Positions 26,823-29,397 of a stretch of DNA of 29,397 nt are shown here, one piece after another. Position 1 is the stretch's first letter, and each line of letters begins with the position of its first letter. A program made the position numbers and the translations under genes. Below the pieces are notes generated by a model. The model did no database searches. It saw nothing but the letters and a program-made list of their open reading frames with translations, and was not told the DNA's origin. Origin of the DNA: Candidatus Heimdallarchaeota archaeon (lineage in GTDB: Archaea; Asgardarchaeota; Heimdallarchaeia; Hodarchaeales; Hodarchaeaceae); NCBI GenBank assembly GCA_019057635.1, contig DXJL01000039.1, forward strand, positions 1 through 29,397, in the 5' to 3' direction.

Positions 26823-27554
26823 ATGGTTACGAAAAGACATCTAATTATGGAATTTGCAAATCCAATACGAATTGAAATTTTACAACAGTTGAATTACGCC
26901 TCTTTCTCGTTTACTTCTCTCTCAAAAAAGTTGAATATATCTAATTCGGAAGTTTCACGACATTTAAATAGACTAATCGAGCAGAGGCTTGTACAAAAAG
27001 AACGAGGATCAAAAAAATTAAGTTTAACATCATTTGGAGAGCTCATGATAACTGCTTTTGCCCCCCTCGATTTCATCCTCCATCATGCAGAATATTTTCA
27101 AGAGCATGGTTTATTTAATCTCCCTACATCATTTATACGAGATTTAGATCAACTTTCAGACAGTGAACTGATACAGGGAACGGGAAATGTCATGTTGAAG
27201 CTACAGGAGATCACCGAAGCACTAAAAGAAGAGGTTTGGGTCATGACTGATCAAGCATTTCCATTTGGTAAACAAATGATGGATACACGATATATTGTAT
27301 CACCAGAAATGGCTAAATATCGACCTCATATTAAAGACTACAACCGGAGTACGGTCGCCCGAGTATTACCACATATTTCGACTGCGGTGTTGATTGCTGA
27401 TGGAGAAACAGGTGTCTTATTTTTTCCAGACAATCATGGAAATCCTGAATTTAGTCAAGGATTTTATGTGAAAAAAGAGAACAAATTAGGATTAGAATAC
27501 ATTCTACGACTTTGGGATCATTATTGGGAGAAAGGAGAAGTCGTTTCTGAATAA
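26823..27554 (+). CDS. Winged-helix (ArsR-like) transcriptional regulator with an archaeal C-terminal domain (FilR1/DUF1724-like)
   Basis: FANPIRIEIL...SFTSLSKKLNISNSEVSRHLNRL...LTSFG HTH, followed by YFQEH....LP, and ending LWDHYWE. Confidence 0.8.
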   Translation: MVTKRHLIMEFANPIRIEILQQLNYASFSFTSLSKKLNISNSEVSRHLNRLIEQRLVQKERGSKKLSLTSFGELMITAFAPLDFILHHAEYFQEHGLFNLPTSFIRDLDQLSDSELIQGTGNVMLKLQEITEALKEEVWVMTDQAFPFGKQMMDTRYIVSPEMAKYRPHIKDYNRSTVARVLPHISTAVLIADGETGVLFFPDNHGNPEFSQGFYVKKENKLGLEYILRLWDHYWEKGEVVSE

Positions 27555-27668
27555 CAAAGTACTCACATATTTTTGAAAGATCCAATTTATTCGGAATTAT
27601 AGAAATAACTCGGAAAAGTGTCAGAAAGAGCTTATCCGTTAGCATAAATAAGACTACACAGAGTAGCA

Positions 27669-27896
27669 ATGTCCAATAAACGAAAATTGATACTAACGTT
27701 AAATAATCCAGACGCAGTTCAGAGCAGTCAGTGGGATAAAACAACATCAAATGAATTTACATTGATTGCAGTGATAGGGGAGATAAGGGCAGTAAGCGTG
27801 GTTTCCAAATCTATTCTTGTAATAAAGTTCGAAACAGGTGAACTACGGCTAGACATTGATACAGATGATCTGAAAAATATAAAAAATGTGGAATAA
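27669..27896 (+). CDS. Small hypothetical protein
   Basis: 75 codons, ATG after GAG, stop 3 bp before the next gene, beta-rich ILVIKFETGELRLDI segment. Confidence 0.65.
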   Translation: MSNKRKLILTLNNPDAVQSSQWDKTTSNEFTLIAVIGEIRAVSVVSKSILVIKFETGELRLDIDTDDLKNIKNVE

Positions 27897-27899
27897 ATC

Positions 27900-28778
27900 A
27901 TGTATGAAGAAACTCGTCAGATTAAATTTGAACGATACGCAATTAGTTTAATTGCATTGGTATGTGCTGGAGCCTTAGCTCTATTAGCAATACTTGGCCC
28001 ACTAGGACTAAACATAATCAAACACAAGGCCTCTGAATCAGCAATTTATCAAATTCAAGGACAAGATCTAGTTAATCTATTATTGTTGACCCCATTGTGC
28101 ATAATTGGAGGAGTATTATATTTTAAGAAGAGGGAAAGTGCAAAATACTTATTAATATTAGTAGGAATATACATCTTTCTCTATACAGGTCTCGCTTATG
28201 GAATAGGGCAAGAGTGGAATATGTATGACGGAAATGTGGAAGGGTATTTCTGGTTATTTTATATTCTAATCATTGGAGGATTAATCTTACTTCTCAGTAG
28301 TCTATCAATGTTTAATGAGAAAGATGCGCCTGAATTCAATACGAAGAGCTTAAGAGTTTATATTGGATTAATGGTTATATTTCTCGCAATGTTCAGCATG
28401 ATGTGGATACAAGAAATCCTAGAGGTAGTAAGAACTGGTGATACCTCAACAGGGTCTTACTCAGAATCACCTAATGTTTTTTGGGTTATCCGCTACTTTG
28501 ATTTAGGAATAACCCTTCCCTTGGGATTTATTGGATTATATTTACTAGGAACACGTCCCAAAAAAGCTTATCCCTTAATGCTCGCTTTTTATGGATTCTT
28601 TGTAACGCTATCCACCGCAGTAGTTGCAATGGCAGCAATGATGGTACTAAATAATGACCCAAATGTGCAAACTGAGGGATTGTTTATCTTCCCCATACTA
28701 ACAATCTTAGCATGGGCTGGTTTATTCTACCTTTTGAAGCCTAAGTTGTCAAATTGGTGGAAAGCAAGGGGAGAATAA
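27900..28778 (+). CDS. Hypothetical integral membrane protein (~8 TM)
   Basis: 292 codons of alternating hydrophobic helices, with two related motifs QGQDLVNLLLLTPL and YFDLGITLPL that suggest an internal duplication. Confidence 0.8.
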   Translation: MYEETRQIKFERYAISLIALVCAGALALLAILGPLGLNIIKHKASESAIYQIQGQDLVNLLLLTPLCIIGGVLYFKKRESAKYLLILVGIYIFLYTGLAYGIGQEWNMYDGNVEGYFWLFYILIIGGLILLLSSLSMFNEKDAPEFNTKSLRVYIGLMVIFLAMFSMMWIQEILEVVRTGDTSTGSYSESPNVFWVIRYFDLGITLPLGFIGLYLLGTRPKKAYPLMLAFYGFFVTLSTAVVAMAAMMVLNNDPNVQTEGLFIFPILTILAWAGLFYLLKPKLSNWWKARGE

Positions 28779-29244
28779 AATTGGTAATGGAAGAATGCTA
28801 TTTTCCATTTTCAATCTTTTTTAAACACTGAATTTTTGTTCATAAATTACAATTCGTAAAGACAAATGTTGTCGCAGAAAATTATTACAAAATGGTTGAA
28901 GGGCCAGAAGCAATGTTAAATATGCAAGGTTGGCTTTGTTCCGCAACTTTACTATATTTCAACGGTTGTCCTGAGTTTATTTATCTAAAGGCTGAGCTAA
29001 CTGAGCTAGATTCTTACTTATGGTCGCAAAGGATCATAACTTCATAATCCTTGAGTATTGTTTATCCAAAAGGAATTCTAAAAATTTTAAATCTATTGTC
29101 GTAAAATCAGTATTTTGCGAAGTTTATTTTTGTGATATTTTGTCGTTTAACCAACCAGTACTTCGTAACTATGGGTGAAGGTAATAGGCATGAAATCTCG
29201 AAGGAGAAAGACTTAAATGTGGAGAAAAGTGATTAGCAGTTATC

Positions 29245-29397
29245 ATGACCAAAATCAAACTACCTCGCTTTCCACCACGGAAAGCACGAAATACACCAAC
29301 CCTTATAACCTTTGTGGTACGCTGGTTAGATAAATTTCAGATCTTATTAAACCCGATCCCAAGTAGCTCACCTTTCAATATGAAAAATCGATTGAAA
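29245..29397 (+). CDS. Possible 5' end of a gene running off the window
   Basis: ATG at 29245 opens a frame with no stop to the window end (MTKIKLPRFPPRKARNTPTL...). No recognisable motif. Confidence 0.25.
   Translation, partial: MTKIKLPRFPPRKARNTPTLITFVVRWLDKFQILLNPIPSSSPFNMKNRLK

Noticed and set aside
12259-27750. Other short track ORFs overlapping long genes (e.g. 12259, 13182, 13884, 14856, 16163, 16929, 19291, 19936, 19965, 20709, 20878, 21523, 23753, 25489, 25577, 26894, 27451)
   Set aside because: Antisense or alternate-frame shadows of well-supported genes, with no independent coding evidence.
28780-29397. Mobile element end or transposase start in the terminal region, and the CTGAGCTA duplication near 28992-29009
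   Set aside because: No terminal inverted repeat or transposase motif can be confirmed within the window, and the 8-bp duplication is too short to interpret.

Overview
AT-rich archaeal chromosomal DNA, most likely from an Asgard archaeon (Heimdallarchaeia/Hodarchaeales-like). This assignment is inferred from a Rab-like GTPase, a membrane protein with a longin/roadblock-like tail, a NosD-type surface protein and GGTGA-type ribosome-binding sites. From left to right: the first codons of a probable aldehyde:ferredoxin oxidoreductase; three tandem MoaD/ThiS (ubiquitin-fold) genes, two with an internal GG plus a C-terminal extension; and an ATGA-coupled operon. That operon encodes a beta-helix surface protein, a giant repeat membrane protein (~1611 codons, split by one in-frame TAA, with 375-bp internal repeats) and a double zinc-finger membrane protein. 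Next come a 7TM-longin fusion, NnrE, a Rab-like GTPase, a polytopic membrane protein, a P-loop kinase, and a small protein downstream of a 1300-aa TPR/SNAP-like solenoid. Housekeeping and metabolic genes follow (glgA, hisS, a GPH/MFS transporter, pyrG), then a wHTH regulator and two hypothetical genes. No rRNA, tRNA, CRISPR array or intact mobile element was recognised. All family calls come from motif recognition by eye; no database search was run.
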